From Myxococcota bacterium (GTDB taxonomy: Bacteria > Myxococcota_A > UBA796 > CAJQPC01), in assembly GCA_036012755.1 (NCBI GenBank), contig DASCPX010000137.1, forward strand, positions 130,456 through 194,455: DNA of 64,000 nt. The letters run 5' to 3'. The position numbers and the translations under genes were made by a program. Below, piece by piece: positions 18,459-29,047 of the stretch (positions within the stretch are counted from its first letter, which is position 1; each line of letters starts with the position of its first letter). Under the pieces are notes generated by a model that ran no database searches, was not told the origin of the DNA, and saw nothing but the letters and a program-made list of their open reading frames with translations.

Positions 18459-19144
18459 TCACCTGGCTGATCGCATGCACGACACAGGCGGGCGAGTTCG
18501 TCACTGGCCCTGCGGAGCCGGTGGTCGAAGAGAGCCAGCCGATCGAATCCAGACCGGACTCCGAGGCCCCGAGCTTCGCCTCCTCCTCCGACCCGTTGAC
18601 CCAGGACGAGAAGGACGCGATGACCGGGGTCACGTGGAACGAAGGCTGTCCGGTCCCCCTCGACGATCTCGTGGCGCTGCGGCCGAGCCACTGGGACATG
18701 GAGGGTCGGGTCCAGACCGGCGAGCTCGTCGTGGCCGAGGTGCGCGTGGCGGAGCTCGAGACCGTCTTCGCCGCCCTCTTCGAGGCTCGCTTCCCGATCC
18801 GCTCGATGCGCCCTGCCAGGGACTTCGGCGGCTCCGACGACGCCTCGATGGAGGCGGACAACACCTCTGCCTTCAACTGCCGAACGACGACGGGCGGATC
18901 CTCGTGGAGCCAGCACAGCTACGGCCACGCCATCGACATCAACCCGGTGGAGAACCCCTACGTCAGCGGCTCGCTGGTCCTGCCCCCTGCGGGTGCGGCC
19001 TACACGGAGCGTGACCCGGAGGTGCCGGGCCTCATCGTCGAGGGCGATGTCGTCACCGCGGCCTTCTCTGCCATCGGCTGGGGCTGGGGTGGCGACTGGT
19101 CGAGCCTGAAGGATTACCAGCACTTCTCTTCCACCGGCCTGTGA
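18455..19144 (+). CDS. M15 family metallopeptidase (D-Ala-D-Ala carboxypeptidase-like) lipoprotein
   Basis: 'NTSAFNCR...WSQHSYGHAIDINPVENPY...W.WGGDW...KDYQHF'. Confidence 0.9.
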   Translation: MITWLIACTTQAGEFVTGPAEPVVEESQPIESRPDSEAPSFASSSDPLTQDEKDAMTGVTWNEGCPVPLDDLVALRPSHWDMEGRVQTGELVVAEVRVAELETVFAALFEARFPIRSMRPARDFGGSDDASMEADNTSAFNCRTTTGGSSWSQHSYGHAIDINPVENPYVSGSLVLPPAGAAYTERDPEVPGLIVEGDVVTAAFSAIGWGWGGDWSSLKDYQHFSSTGL

Positions 19145-19199
19145 TGGGTCGGCTCTCCCCTCGCACCGCCGTTATGATGCGTCGTCCCACGGGGTAGCA

Positions 19200-20705
19200 A
19201 TGCAGACCGGCACCGTCGCCGACCAGCCCATCATCGAGCTCCTCTGCAGCCTCGCGGCCCAGAAGGCCAACGGCCGGCTGGAGGTCCGAAACGACAACCG
19301 GCGTCGGGCCTTCTACTTCGAGGGCGGTCGCCTCTCGCTCACCAAGAGCAACCTCAAGAGCGAGTCGATGGATCGGCTGAAGGAGCGCCACCCGGACTCG
19401 GGCACCGAGGCGCTGCTGAAGCGCCAGGCCCAGCTGAGGCTGCGCAACGTCGTGCGGTTGTCCGAGGGCGAGTGGGAGTTCGTGGCCAACGTCGCCCCCA
19501 AGGATCGGAGGCCCTTCGATCTCATCGGCGGGTGCTGGCTGCTCATCCAGCACGAGCTGCCTGAGGAGTGCATCGACGCGCGGCTGGTCGGTCACGACGA
19601 CCGCTTTCCGCGCCGCTCGGAGACCGGAGTGCCCCTCGACCGACTGCCGCTCGGCTCGGAGCTGAAGGACATGCTCCGCGAGCTCGACGGCACCCGCACC
19701 CTCGAGGACATCATCGACTTCGCCCCCGCCGATCCGAAGGACGCCCGCAAGGCGCTCTACCTCGGCCTCATCTGCGGTTGCGTCAGCTTCGACGAGGAGG
19801 GGCACTTCTCGGAGGTCCGCGCGACCGGCACAGAGAGCGAAGACGAGCCCTCGTTCTCGATCTCGGACCTCATCGCCGGGGCGGTCGGTGGAGCCGTCGA
19901 CAAGCCTCCGGACGAGGAGCCCACGCTCACCGTAGACCCCGGCGCCGAGCCGGAGATCCAGAGGCTGCGCCAGGAGCTGGTGCGGGTGAAGAAGGCCGAG
20001 GACGCATTCGAGGCCCTGGGGATCCACTGGGACGCCAGCGAGGCCGAGTACCGCAAGGCCTACTTCGCCCTCGCGCGGGATGTCCACCCCGACCGCTGGG
20101 CCACCCAGTCCGGCGACCTCCAGGAGCTCGCGAGCGAGGTGCTGGCCCGCCTCAACGAACACTGGGAGAAGGTCTCCGATTCGGACCGCCGAAAGGCCTA
20201 CGTCGACAGCGTGATCCACGGCATCAAGACCGAGGACGAGCTCGCGATGGAGAAGGTGCGGGCCATCCTCGACGCAGAGGACCGCTTCAAGCAGGGCCTG
20301 GCGCTACACCACCGCGGTGACGTCGTGCGCTCCCACGAGATCTTCCGGGAGATCTTCGAGATGGTGCCGGAAGAGGCCGAGTTCCGCGCCTACTACGGCT
20401 ACACGACCTTCAAGCTGAACTGGGCCAACAACAAGGAAAAGGCCCAGGAAGGCGTGACCATGATCAAGGCCGCCATCGACGATCACGTGAAGCTCGACTC
20501 CGGGTGGGTGCTGCTCGGCCTCGTCTTCCGCACGACAGGTCAGCACAAGAAGGCCCTCAGCGCCTTCAAGCGGGCGCTCGAGATGAACCCCGCGAACACC
20601 GAGGGTGTGCGCGAGTATCGACGCTCCATGCGCGACGTCGCGGACGAGAAGAAGAAGGACGAGGGCGGCAAGGGTCTCTTCGGGCGGTTCTTCGGGAAGA
20701 AGTGA
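19200..20705 (+). CDS. DUF4388-like + DnaJ domain + TPR protein
   Basis: N-terminal 'G.L.V.....R.FYF..G'; J-domain 'FEALGI..YRKAYFALARDVHPDR'; C-terminal TPRs; 'GLFGRFFGKK' tail. Confidence 0.8.
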   Translation: MQTGTVADQPIIELLCSLAAQKANGRLEVRNDNRRRAFYFEGGRLSLTKSNLKSESMDRLKERHPDSGTEALLKRQAQLRLRNVVRLSEGEWEFVANVAPKDRRPFDLIGGCWLLIQHELPEECIDARLVGHDDRFPRRSETGVPLDRLPLGSELKDMLRELDGTRTLEDIIDFAPADPKDARKALYLGLICGCVSFDEEGHFSEVRATGTESEDEPSFSISDLIAGAVGGAVDKPPDEEPTLTVDPGAEPEIQRLRQELVRVKKAEDAFEALGIHWDASEAEYRKAYFALARDVHPDRWATQSGDLQELASEVLARLNEHWEKVSDSDRRKAYVDSVIHGIKTEDELAMEKVRAILDAEDRFKQGLALHHRGDVVRSHEIFREIFEMVPEEAEFRAYYGYTTFKLNWANNKEKAQEGVTMIKAAIDDHVKLDSGWVLLGLVFRTTGQHKKALSAFKRALEMNPANTEGVREYRRSMRDVADEKKKDEGGKGLFGRFFGKK

Positions 20706-21802
20706 GCGACCTCTACGTCAACAGCGTGCTCTTCCACCTCGAGCCCGTCCGGCGGTTGCTCGACGACGACCGGGTGAGCGAGGTCCTCGTAAACGGACCC
20801 GACGAGATCTGGGCGGAGAAGGACGGCAAGCTCATCCTCGTCAAGGGGCTCTCCTTCGGCGGAGAGGAGGAGCTGCAGGCCGCTTGCATCAACCTCGCCC
20901 AGTACAACCAGAAGTGCCTGGACGAGGAGAACCCCCGGTGCGACGGGCTGTTGCCCGACGGGAGTCGCATCCACATCGTCTTGCCGCCGGTGACAGAGCG
21001 CATCCACCTGGCGATACGGAAGTTCCAGTCCAAGACATTCGGGCTCAAGGATCTGATATCGCTCAACTTCCTGACAGAGGACGCCGCCCGGTTCCTCAAG
21101 GTCGCGACGCTGATGCAGAAGAACGTCATCGTCAGCGGCGGCACCTCCTCGGGCAAGACCACGCTGTTGAACGTCCTGTCGTCCTTCCTGGGCGATGACG
21201 AGCGCATCGTCCTGTTGGAGGACTCCAGCGAGCTCCAGCTACGCAACCGCCACGTCGTCGCCATGGCGACCAGGCCCCCCGACCTCCACGGGCGCGGAGA
21301 GGTCACCATGCGCGACCTGTTGCACTCGACGCTGCGACTGCGCCCCGACCGCATCCTCGTCGGCGAGGTCCGCGGCCCAGAGGCCCTCGACCTGCTCAAC
21401 GCCCTGAACTCCGGCCACGGCGGCACGATGACCTCGCTGCACGCGAACACGCCCCGGCAGGCGCTGGCCAAGCTGGAGACCCTCTGCCTGTTCGCTGGAG
21501 AGGACGTCCCGGCCCGCGGCATCCGCACGGCCATCGCCTCGGCGGTCGACGTCGTCGTGCAGTGCACCCGGCTTCGGGACGGCACCCGTCGGATCAGCTC
21601 CATCGCAGAGGTGGGCGACAACGTCGATCAGCACGGGAACTACGGTGTCACCGAGCTGTTCGCGCTGAAGGCGGGTGGCCTGGATGCCTTCGGGAAGATC
21701 ATCGGCAGGCTGCACGGCAAGGGGATCCTGCCCTCCTTCTACGAAGACGCGATCGCCCGGGGTTGGGTCATCAAGAAGGTCGCCTTCGACATCCGCGAGT
21801 GA
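20702..21802 (+). CDS. cpaF: CpaF/TadA family secretion ATPase (second, stand-alone copy)
   Basis: 'VSEVLVNG', Walker A 'GGTSSGKTT', 'LRLRPDRILVGEVRG.EA', 'NSGHGG.MTSLHAN'. Confidence 0.9.
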   Translation: MSDLYVNSVLFHLEPVRRLLDDDRVSEVLVNGPDEIWAEKDGKLILVKGLSFGGEEELQAACINLAQYNQKCLDEENPRCDGLLPDGSRIHIVLPPVTERIHLAIRKFQSKTFGLKDLISLNFLTEDAARFLKVATLMQKNVIVSGGTSSGKTTLLNVLSSFLGDDERIVLLEDSSELQLRNRHVVAMATRPPDLHGRGEVTMRDLLHSTLRLRPDRILVGEVRGPEALDLLNALNSGHGGTMTSLHANTPRQALAKLETLCLFAGEDVPARGIRTAIASAVDVVVQCTRLRDGTRRISSIAEVGDNVDQHGNYGVTELFALKAGGLDAFGKIIGRLHGKGILPSFYEDAIARGWVIKKVAFDIRE

Positions 21803-22698
21803 TGCTGCTCCTCCTCGCCAGCGCGCTCGCCACCCAGCTGACCTACGACCACGCGCCTTGTCCGGTCGGCGAGGACGACCACGCCCGCGTCTACTCCAAG
21901 CTCGCGGCGAACCAGATCGGTGGCTGGGACTCCGACCTCGCCCGCTACTCGAGCGAAGGCCAGTGGCGGGAGTACGCCATCGCCACCTGCCGCGACTCCT
22001 TGTTCTCGGTCTACTCCGGGGACATGGGCATGATCCTCGACGCGGACGACAAGCGGGCCATCGAGAAGCGCCTCAAGCAGCTTCGGCGGGGTGTCGACGT
22101 CGACACCTTGGAGGTGTGGGATCGCTACCTGCTGGCGGTCGAGGTCTACAGGCTGCTCGGGCGGGATGCGCTGTTCCTCGCACAGATCTACCTGGAGGCG
22201 AGCTGGACCGCGCGTGACCGCGTGGTGGGTGTCTACGCGGGGCTGGAGGGCCCTACGGACGCTCGCGACATCCTGGACGCGGGCGCGCTCGAGCTCGACA
22301 AGGTGCTCGACGATCACACGCGGAAGATCGTCTTGCACAACATGGCTAGGGTCGCCCACCGGGGTGGATGGCCGAAGGAGCGGGACGCCCACCTCACCGC
22401 CTTCGAGGCCGTCGGAGACCTCGACGAGGACGAGGCGCGAGTGCTGAAGGAGTTCCACTGGATCGTGGACGAGGTCGAGCCGCGGCTGCAGGACCTGGCC
22501 CTGACCGAGCTGGGGGCCTATCTCGAGACCGCGCCAGAGGGACACGAGCGTGTCCGTGCCACCTACCTCATGGCCGACCTGCTGCGCCGCCGAGGACGCC
22601 TGGAAGAGGCCCGGCGCGGCTTCCTGCTCGTGGCAGAGAACCCAGAGGCCCCGGCGGAGTACAAGGACCTCGCGACCTGGCTCGGGGACAACGGCTGA
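21802..22698 (+). CDS. Exported DUF2225-like helical/TPR protein
   Basis: TGATG coupling; signal MLLLLASALA; 'CPV....DSDL.....Y.I.TC', 'YLEASW..RD', 'YL.ADL.RR.G..EEA'. Confidence 0.6.
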   Translation: MLLLLASALATQLTYDHAPCPVGEDDHARVYSKLAANQIGGWDSDLARYSSEGQWREYAIATCRDSLFSVYSGDMGMILDADDKRAIEKRLKQLRRGVDVDTLEVWDRYLLAVEVYRLLGRDALFLAQIYLEASWTARDRVVGVYAGLEGPTDARDILDAGALELDKVLDDHTRKIVLHNMARVAHRGGWPKERDAHLTAFEAVGDLDEDEARVLKEFHWIVDEVEPRLQDLALTELGAYLETAPEGHERVRATYLMADLLRRRGRLEEARRGFLLVAENPEAPAEYKDLATWLGDNG

Positions 22699-22699
22699 G

Positions 22700-23316
22700 G
22701 TACCGCCGTCGTGCGGTCCCGTGCTGGAGATCAGCACGTCGTCCGCGCCAGGATAGTCGTTCCCGGACTCCGACGGGGTGCAGGTGCCCTCGCCGTCGAT
22801 CTCGAAGCTGTCGTAGTCCGTGTCGGTTCCATCAGTCCAGCCGTCGATGAAGCTGGCGACCTGCGCGGCAGGAGCCGGGCAGTATTCTCCACCGCCTGAC
22901 CCCGTGATCGTGATGCTGCCCGGGTTGATGCCGATGTGCTCCGCCTCCCACCGGATCCCGTCGGCGACCAGCACGTCCCCGGTCATCGTCTCCTTCGTGC
23001 AGAGCTGCACGCTGGCGCCGCTGAAGCCGTTCTTCTCGTGGGAGCCGGAGGTGGTGTCCGGGCTCAGGACCGTGGTCGCTCCGCTGAGCGGGCTGGATGA
23101 CGCCTCCAGGTCGAAGTCCGCGATCTCCATGTCTCCAGAGGCCGTGTCACGGTACAGCACGTAGAGGGTCGGCCCAAACGCGATCGCGTCGTAGATGGTG
23201 GCGTTTGCCTCCACCAGGAGACTCGCCTGGGTGTTCTGGGCGTAGGGCCAGTAGTCCCGACCAAAGACGGGGAGGGCGAACGAGTCCTTGGCGAACGCGA
23301 GCAGCAGCAACAGCAT
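22700..23316 (-). pseudogene. 5' remnant of an exported protein, 3' end lost
   Basis: About 205 protein-like codons with a signal peptide, then the frame runs without a stop into the antisense of 21802..22698. Confidence 0.5.
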
Positions 23317-23450
23317 GCGACCTTCTGCCCCGACAGAACCGCACCCGCGAAAGAGCGAAGCTGCGTCCGAGCGTCCGCCCTGTCAGATCAGCATGCCGGA
23401 CCGGCTCCGGTCCTCGAACCGGTAGCGGTCGAGCCCCCAAGATCCGAGCA

Positions 23451-24389
23451 TCACACCTTGATCTGCACGATCCTTCGGATGAGCAGGGCTCCGACTGCCT
23501 GCAGCGTCATCATCACCAGCAGCAGGCCCCAGCCGACCGCGGTGGTCCACATGCGGGAGATGAGCTCCGGGTCCATCGTCCAGAGCACGCCCCCGAGCAC
23601 GAAGGGGAGGATGACGATGATGACGCCCTGTGCGACGCCCTGTGCGGTCAGCGACTTGATCTTGCCCTGCACCTTCTGGCGCTCGCGGATCGTGTAGGAG
23701 ATCGTGTCGAAGGTCTCGGAGAGGTTTCCGCCGGACTGCCGCAGGATGTTGATGGACGTCACCATGATCTGGACGTCCTCTGTGTCGATCCGCGACTCGA
23801 GGTTCAACAGCGCCTCCTCCATCGGCACACCGACGCGCTGCTCGTCCATCAGGAGCTTGAACTCCTGCGCCACGGGGTTCGGCAGCTCCTCGCGCACCAT
23901 GTCCATGCACTGGACCAGGGAGAGCCCCGACTTGAGGCCGTTCGACATGAAGGAGAGCGCGTCGAGGAGCTGGGTCTCGAAGCGCAGGATGCGGTTTTCC
24001 CACATCTTCTTGATGACGAAGCGGGGGAGGCTGTAGCCGCTCGGGAAGCCGAAGGGGCCGATCACCAGGACCAGGACGACCACCACCCGGATGATGTGGT
24101 ACCAGCCCTCGAAGGGCAGCCCCGCCGTGACGAGGAAGCCCAGCCCGATGCTCGCCACGATGCTCACGACGATGAAGCCCACGCAGTAGCGCGCGGGCAC
24201 CTCCATGAACATCTTGTCGAACATCTCCTGCATCCAGTCGACGTAGCCGCTGGTCTGGGTCAGGAAGCGTCGCTCCGCCCAGGGACCGAAGAACCAGCCC
24301 ACCACCGCCCAGGCCCCGATGAAGGGGAGCAGGGCCCCCAGGCGGAAGGTCGTGAGCCCGTCGAGCCAGGGGGGGACGAAGTCCATCAT
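23451..24389 (-). CDS. tadB: TadB (T2SS-F family) pilus platform protein
   Basis: 'QLLDALSFMSNGLKSGLSL...P..QEF...GGNL.E....I...IRER.K...KI..LTAQG'. Confidence 0.9.
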   Translation of the reverse strand: MMDFVPPWLDGLTTFRLGALLPFIGAWAVVGWFFGPWAERRFLTQTSGYVDWMQEMFDKMFMEVPARYCVGFIVVSIVASIGLGFLVTAGLPFEGWYHIIRVVVVLVLVIGPFGFPSGYSLPRFVIKKMWENRILRFETQLLDALSFMSNGLKSGLSLVQCMDMVREELPNPVAQEFKLLMDEQRVGVPMEEALLNLESRIDTEDVQIMVTSINILRQSGGNLSETFDTISYTIRERQKVQGKIKSLTAQGVAQGVIIVILPFVLGGVLWTMDPELISRMWTTAVGWGLLLVMMTLQAVGALLIRRIVQIKV

Positions 24390-26578
24390 CGGCGACCCCT
24401 CGGGACGACGCGGCCGCCGGTGCCGGGAGCGGAGAAGATGCCCTGGGGAAGGGCGATGCCACGGGCTTCGAGGTCCTTGACGAAGCGCGGCACGAAGCCG
24501 GTGGGCAGGAAGCGGCCCTGGACCTTGCCGTCCTCTCCGAGGGCGTCCTGCTTGAAGATGAAGATGTCCTGCAGGGTGATGACCTGGCCTTCCATGCCGG
24601 TGATCTCGCTGATCTGCGTGATCCGACGCGAGCCGTCCGAGAGCCTGGAGAGCTGGACGATGATCTGGATCGCAGAGGCCACCTGCTCGCGGATCGCCTT
24701 CGAGGGGAGCTCGAGGCCGGCGAACATGACGAGGGTCTCGAGCCGCGCGAGGCAGTCCCGCGGCGAGTTGCTGTGGATCGTCGTCAGGGAGCCGTCGTGG
24801 CCTGTGTTCATGGCCTGGAGCATGTCGACGGCCTCTGCCCCGCGGCACTCTCCGACGACGATGCGGTCTGGCCGCATGCGCAGGGTGTTCTTCACGAGGT
24901 CGCGGATGGCGACCTCTCCCTCTCCCTCGATGTTGGGTGGGCGGGTCTCCAGTCGCACGATGTGGGGCTGTTTGAGCTGCAGCTCGGCGCTGTCCTCGAC
25001 GGTGACGATGCGCTCGTCAGAGGGGATGAACGAGGACATCACGTTCAAGAGCGTCGTCTTTCCCGAGCCGGTGCCGCCGGAGATGAGGATGTTGAGCCGG
25101 GCCTCGACGCAGGCTCTGAGGAAGTCGGCGATCTGGTCCGTCAGCGAGCCGAAGCCCACCAGATCCGCGACCGCGAAGGGGTCCCGCGAGAACTTGCGGA
25201 TGGTGATGGAGGGGCCGTCGATGGCCAACGGCGGGATGATGGCGTTGACCCGGCTGCCGTCCTTGAGCCGAGCGTCCACCATCGGGGACTTCTCGTCGAT
25301 GCGGCGTCCCAGCGGTGCCACGATGCGCTCGATGACGCCTAGGAGCTGAGCGTCGTCGGTGAAGCTCGCGCCGGTCTTCTGGAGCTTGCCTCCGATCTCG
25401 ACGAAGACCTGGTCGCTGGCGTTGACCATGATCTCGGTGATGCGGTCGTCCTCGAGGAAGTCCTCGAGCGGACCGAGCCCAAGGGCCTCGTCGACCACCT
25501 CCTTGACGACGCGCTTGCGCTCTTTTCGATCCGTGACGTTGGCGCCGACCTCGTCCATGAGGCGCGAGACGGTCTCCGTCACCCGCTGGCGAAGGAGCTC
25601 GTCGTCAGCAGCGTCCATCTTCTTCAGATCGAGGACCTCGACCATGCGCTTGTGCAGCAGCATCTTGGTGGCCGTGCGCGGGTCGATGTTCTTCGCATCC
25701 CTGGCCTTGCTCCCGCGCTTCTTCTGGAACTCCTCGAGCTCCTTCTGCTGGGCCTCTGTGAGCTTGCCGACCCGGCCGCTCGGGCCGAGGTTCGCCACGC
25801 CCTGGGGCCTCGCCACCGTCGCCAGCTGGTCGAAGAGGCGCATCTCGATGACCTTTCGGACGAACTCGTCGTAGACCCGCGCGAGCCGCGCCCGAGCGTT
25901 GTTCCACGAAAAGGGCTTGCCCTCCATCGCGGCTGGCTGGCAGGTCTCGGGCTCGTCGGGCACGCTGACCATGACCTTGCGGCCGAGGCTGCGGGCGACG
26001 AGATCGAGCGGGAGTCCGCCCTTCTGCGAGCGGTTCAGCACCACCTTCATCAGCTCCTTCGGGAACTGGAGGCGCTGGAGGAGCTCCAGGAAGCGGCGGG
26101 TGTGCTTCAGCACGGCGACGTCCGGGGTCGCGAGCACGAAGACCCCGGCTGCCTGTTCGAGGACCTTCACCGTGTGGTCGTTGATGCCGACCCCACAGTC
26201 CACGACGATGAAGTCGCAGAGCGGCGCGAACATGGCGAAGAGCTGCTTGACCGTGTCCGGGCTGACCTCGCCGACGCGGTCCGGGGAGGGGGCGATCGGC
26301 ACGACGCCGATGCCTGCCGGGTGGGGCGAGATGTACTGGCGCAGCTGCTGCGGATCCATCTGCTCCACGTACGGCGCGAAGTCGCAGATGGACTTCGGTG
26401 GCTGGGCCTCCATGCCCAAGAGCGACACGCAGTCACCGCAGGACTCGACGTCGAGGTCGACGAGCAGGATGCGGCCGCGGGTCTCCTTGAGCAAGGAGAG
26501 CGCGAGGTTGACCGCGAAGGTCGACTTGCCGACGCCGTCTCGAGCCCCCGTGACGGCGACGACCTTCAGCCCGCTCAC
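24386..26578 (-). CDS. cpaF: TadZ/CpaE (MinD-like)-TadA/CpaF ATPase fusion
   Basis: N-half 'VTGARDGVGKST.AVNLA..LLVDLD..FIVVD..VVLNR'; C-half 'GLGPLE..EIMVN..GGTGSGKTT..RMRPDRIVVGECRG'. Confidence 0.9.
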   Translation of the reverse strand: MSGLKVVAVTGARDGVGKSTFAVNLALSLLKETRGRILLVDLDVESCGDCVSLLGMEAQPPKSICDFAPYVEQMDPQQLRQYISPHPAGIGVVPIAPSPDRVGEVSPDTVKQLFAMFAPLCDFIVVDCGVGINDHTVKVLEQAAGVFVLATPDVAVLKHTRRFLELLQRLQFPKELMKVVLNRSQKGGLPLDLVARSLGRKVMVSVPDEPETCQPAAMEGKPFSWNNARARLARVYDEFVRKVIEMRLFDQLATVARPQGVANLGPSGRVGKLTEAQQKELEEFQKKRGSKARDAKNIDPRTATKMLLHKRMVEVLDLKKMDAADDELLRQRVTETVSRLMDEVGANVTDRKERKRVVKEVVDEALGLGPLEDFLEDDRITEIMVNASDQVFVEIGGKLQKTGASFTDDAQLLGVIERIVAPLGRRIDEKSPMVDARLKDGSRVNAIIPPLAIDGPSITIRKFSRDPFAVADLVGFGSLTDQIADFLRACVEARLNILISGGTGSGKTTLLNVMSSFIPSDERIVTVEDSAELQLKQPHIVRLETRPPNIEGEGEVAIRDLVKNTLRMRPDRIVVGECRGAEAVDMLQAMNTGHDGSLTTIHSNSPRDCLARLETLVMFAGLELPSKAIREQVASAIQIIVQLSRLSDGSRRITQISEITGMEGQVITLQDIFIFKQDALGEDGKVQGRFLPTGFVPRFVKDLEARGIALPQGIFSAPGTGGRVVPRGRR

Positions 26579-28005
26579 TGGCGGACCTCGTCGAGGTTGA
26601 ACTGGTCCTTGATCTCGGTGTTCGCCGAGCTCGACGTCTCGTGGATGCGCGGGGTCAGGAAGACGAGGAACTGGCTCTTCGACTTCTTGTACTCCTTGTT
26701 CCGGTACAGGGAGTAGATGCTGTTCTCTACGTCCTCTTCCGGGACGCGGTTGTAGTCGATCGTGTCGCTCACACGCTGGAGACCACCGACGACGACGCTC
26801 TCTCCGGCGCGGGCGAACTCGCTGGTCTGGAGCTCGCTCTTGTTGACCGCCTGGTAGCCGTTGGCGGCGACCTCGCCCAGCGCCGTGACCTCGACCTTGA
26901 TGTCCATGTCGACGTCGTTGTCCTGGGCGTAGGGCGTGACGTCGACGCGGATGCCGATGTCCTTGAACTCGACGGTGTTGTAGAGGCCCTGGCTGACCAG
27001 GTAGGGGTACTCGGCGCCGGCGAAGATGGTGGCGCTGTCACCGCTCTTCACGCTGATGGTGGGGTTCTCGAGGACTCGCGCGTAGCCGCTGGTCCGGGCC
27101 TGCTCGATGCGGGGCAGGAAGCTGGTGATGGTGGCGGTCGCGTAGCCGTAGGCCTCTGACCAGGCGCCGTTGTCGTAGTCGCGCTGGAAGAAGGCCTCTG
27201 GCCCCTGGACCGCCAGCGGTGTCCACTCGATCGCCCAGGTCGTCGTGAGCGACTTGGCGAGCTCGACGAAGTGCACGTTGATGACGATGGTCTTGGCGCG
27301 TCCGGGGATGCGCTCGACCTCGCGCAGGTCCAGCACGTTGACAGCGTCCGGGTAGAAGGCCCGCGCGATGGCGTCCGCCCGGGCGAGCTCTGCCTGGGAG
27401 TGCACGACGCCCTCGAGGATGATCATGTTGTTGACGAGGGTGGCCTCGACCCCAGGGCGGTCGATCTGCTGCTCGATGAGATCAGAGAGGAGGCGCTGGG
27501 CGACTGGGGAGAGCGTGACCATGGACTCCACGAGGGGCTCGGCCTGCGCGAGATCCTCGACCCGCTGCATCTCCTCGTCGATGCTGACCTCGCCCTGGAT
27601 GTAGACGCGGTCGTTGACGATGCGGTACTTGAGCCCCTCGATGTCGGAGAGCAGGTCCTGCACGTTGCGCATGACCCGGCTCAGGTTCGCGGGGATGACG
27701 GTCACCTCGAACTGGTCGCGCAAGGTGCCCGCGGTGTCGTAGACGATGACGCTGGTGGTGCCGGCGCGCCGGCCGGCGATGAGCAGCTGCCGCGACTCCC
27801 GCAGTGGCGCGACGCGGATGATCGTGTCGCTGGCGTAGGAGATGTTCCCGAACTCGTAGGGCACGTCCACGGCCACCTGGTCCTGGATGACCACGTAGAC
27901 GTCGTCGATGAGATCGTCGTCGGCATAGCCGTCGTGGGGGCGGGCGAGTACCACGACCGCCAAGGCCGCGATCAGGAGCGCGAGCAGTGTCCGCAGGCGA
28001 TTCAT
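26575..28005 (-). CDS. cpaC: CpaC/RcpA secretin with BON-like domains
   Basis: Pilus-formation N-domain ('AGRRAGTTSVIV'), two BON-like segments, secretin 'LENPTI...G.EYP...EFKDIGI.....P...GGL...FLTPRI'. Confidence 0.85.
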   Translation of the reverse strand: MNRLRTLLALLIAALAVVVLARPHDGYADDDLIDDVYVVIQDQVAVDVPYEFGNISYASDTIIRVAPLRESRQLLIAGRRAGTTSVIVYDTAGTLRDQFEVTVIPANLSRVMRNVQDLLSDIEGLKYRIVNDRVYIQGEVSIDEEMQRVEDLAQAEPLVESMVTLSPVAQRLLSDLIEQQIDRPGVEATLVNNMIILEGVVHSQAELARADAIARAFYPDAVNVLDLREVERIPGRAKTIVINVHFVELAKSLTTTWAIEWTPLAVQGPEAFFQRDYDNGAWSEAYGYATATITSFLPRIEQARTSGYARVLENPTISVKSGDSATIFAGAEYPYLVSQGLYNTVEFKDIGIRVDVTPYAQDNDVDMDIKVEVTALGEVAANGYQAVNKSELQTSEFARAGESVVVGGLQRVSDTIDYNRVPEEDVENSIYSLYRNKEYKKSKSQFLVFLTPRIHETSSSANTEIKDQFNLDEVRQ

Positions 28006-28812
28006 CTAGAAGCCTCCGGCGCGGATGGTCTCCCACTTCGCGCGTTGGCGACGGCGGACCTGTTGCGGAATGCCGAGGGTGTTGTGGATGGTCGCGTGCT
28101 CGAGTTCCACCTTTGCTTCCTTCTCCCACAGGGAGTGCAGGCTGAGGGAGAGATCGCCGAGCTCCTGCGCCATGATGAGCTTCTGGGCCTCGTCCGGGTA
28201 GACGGCGAGGGTGACCGTGCGCCCGCCTCCGAGACCAGTGGGCTGGTAGGCGACCTCTTCGCCGTCGTTGACGATGACCGCCTGCGGCTGGCCGATGTCG
28301 TCCCCGACCGACAGCACCCAGATGTGCTGGAAGAGCGTGACCGTACGCACGTCGGACTTGTCGGACTGGCCAAAGTCGAAGGTGCCGATGACGTCGACGT
28401 AGTTGCCCGGCTTGATGTGGCCGCCGACCGCGTTGAACTCGTCCACGGCGATCGCGACCGCGCGCATCTTGGAGGGCACATAGAAGGCAAGGCCGGCCTC
28501 GTTCGGCCTGACGAGCTTGGTCGCGAGGATCTGCTCGCCCAGGGCGATCGGGTTCGACGAGATCTGGCCGAGGATCTCCTCGACGTCGGTGAGCGCCTTG
28601 GGCTGCTTCCACTCCCGCGGCACCTGGCGGATCTCGACCATCGTCTCGTCCAGGCGGGTGTTGGCCCTGATGTCCGTCGTGGCGATCAGCACTGGGAGGG
28701 GCTCGCTGCGGTAGAGCAGGTCCTGCTCTCGCTTCGTGACGTAGCGGCACTGGACCAGCGTCATCAACAGGGCTGTGACCAGCGCGGCGATGAAGGCCTT
28801 GGGGTTCTTCAC
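28006..28812 (-). CDS. cpaB: Flp pilus assembly protein CpaB/RcpC
   Basis: SAF domain; 'MRAVAI.V...AVGGHIKPG.YVDVI', 'TVTLAVYPDEAQKL'. Confidence 0.9.
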   Translation of the reverse strand: MKNPKAFIAALVTALLMTLVQCRYVTKREQDLLYRSEPLPVLIATTDIRANTRLDETMVEIRQVPREWKQPKALTDVEEILGQISSNPIALGEQILATKLVRPNEAGLAFYVPSKMRAVAIAVDEFNAVGGHIKPGNYVDVIGTFDFGQSDKSDVRTVTLFQHIWVLSVGDDIGQPQAVIVNDGEEVAYQPTGLGGGRTVTLAVYPDEAQKLIMAQELGDLSLSLHSLWEKEAKVELEHATIHNTLGIPQQVRRRQRAKWETIRAGGF

Positions 28813-28855
28813 GAGTCCTCTTATTCCGCGTCCGCGCGAGCCTACCGTACTTCAG

Positions 28856-29047
28856 CTAGCGGACATCGCCTGAGCCGGTCGTCATGCCGTTCTGGAAGAC
28901 ATCACGCGACTCCTTGTCCATCGCGTCGAAGCCCTGCTGCAGCGGCCCGATGAAGACGTACGCAGTCGCACAAAGGGCCACGGCGATCACCGAGACGTAG
29001 AGCAGGTACTCGACCGTGGACTGGGCTTTTCGGCGTCTCAGAACCAT
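28856..29047 (-). CDS. Flp-type pilin
   Basis: Class III signal 'RRRKA|QSTVEY' followed by a hydrophobic helix. Confidence 0.8.
   Translation of the reverse strand: MVLRRRKAQSTVEYLLYVSVIAVALCATAYVFIGPLQQGFDAMDKESRDVFQNGMTTGSGDVR

Noticed and set aside
23398..23413. Inverted repeat GGACCGG-CT-CCGGTCC downstream of tadB
   Set aside because: Short GC hairpin without a U tract; too common in GC-rich DNA to call a terminator.
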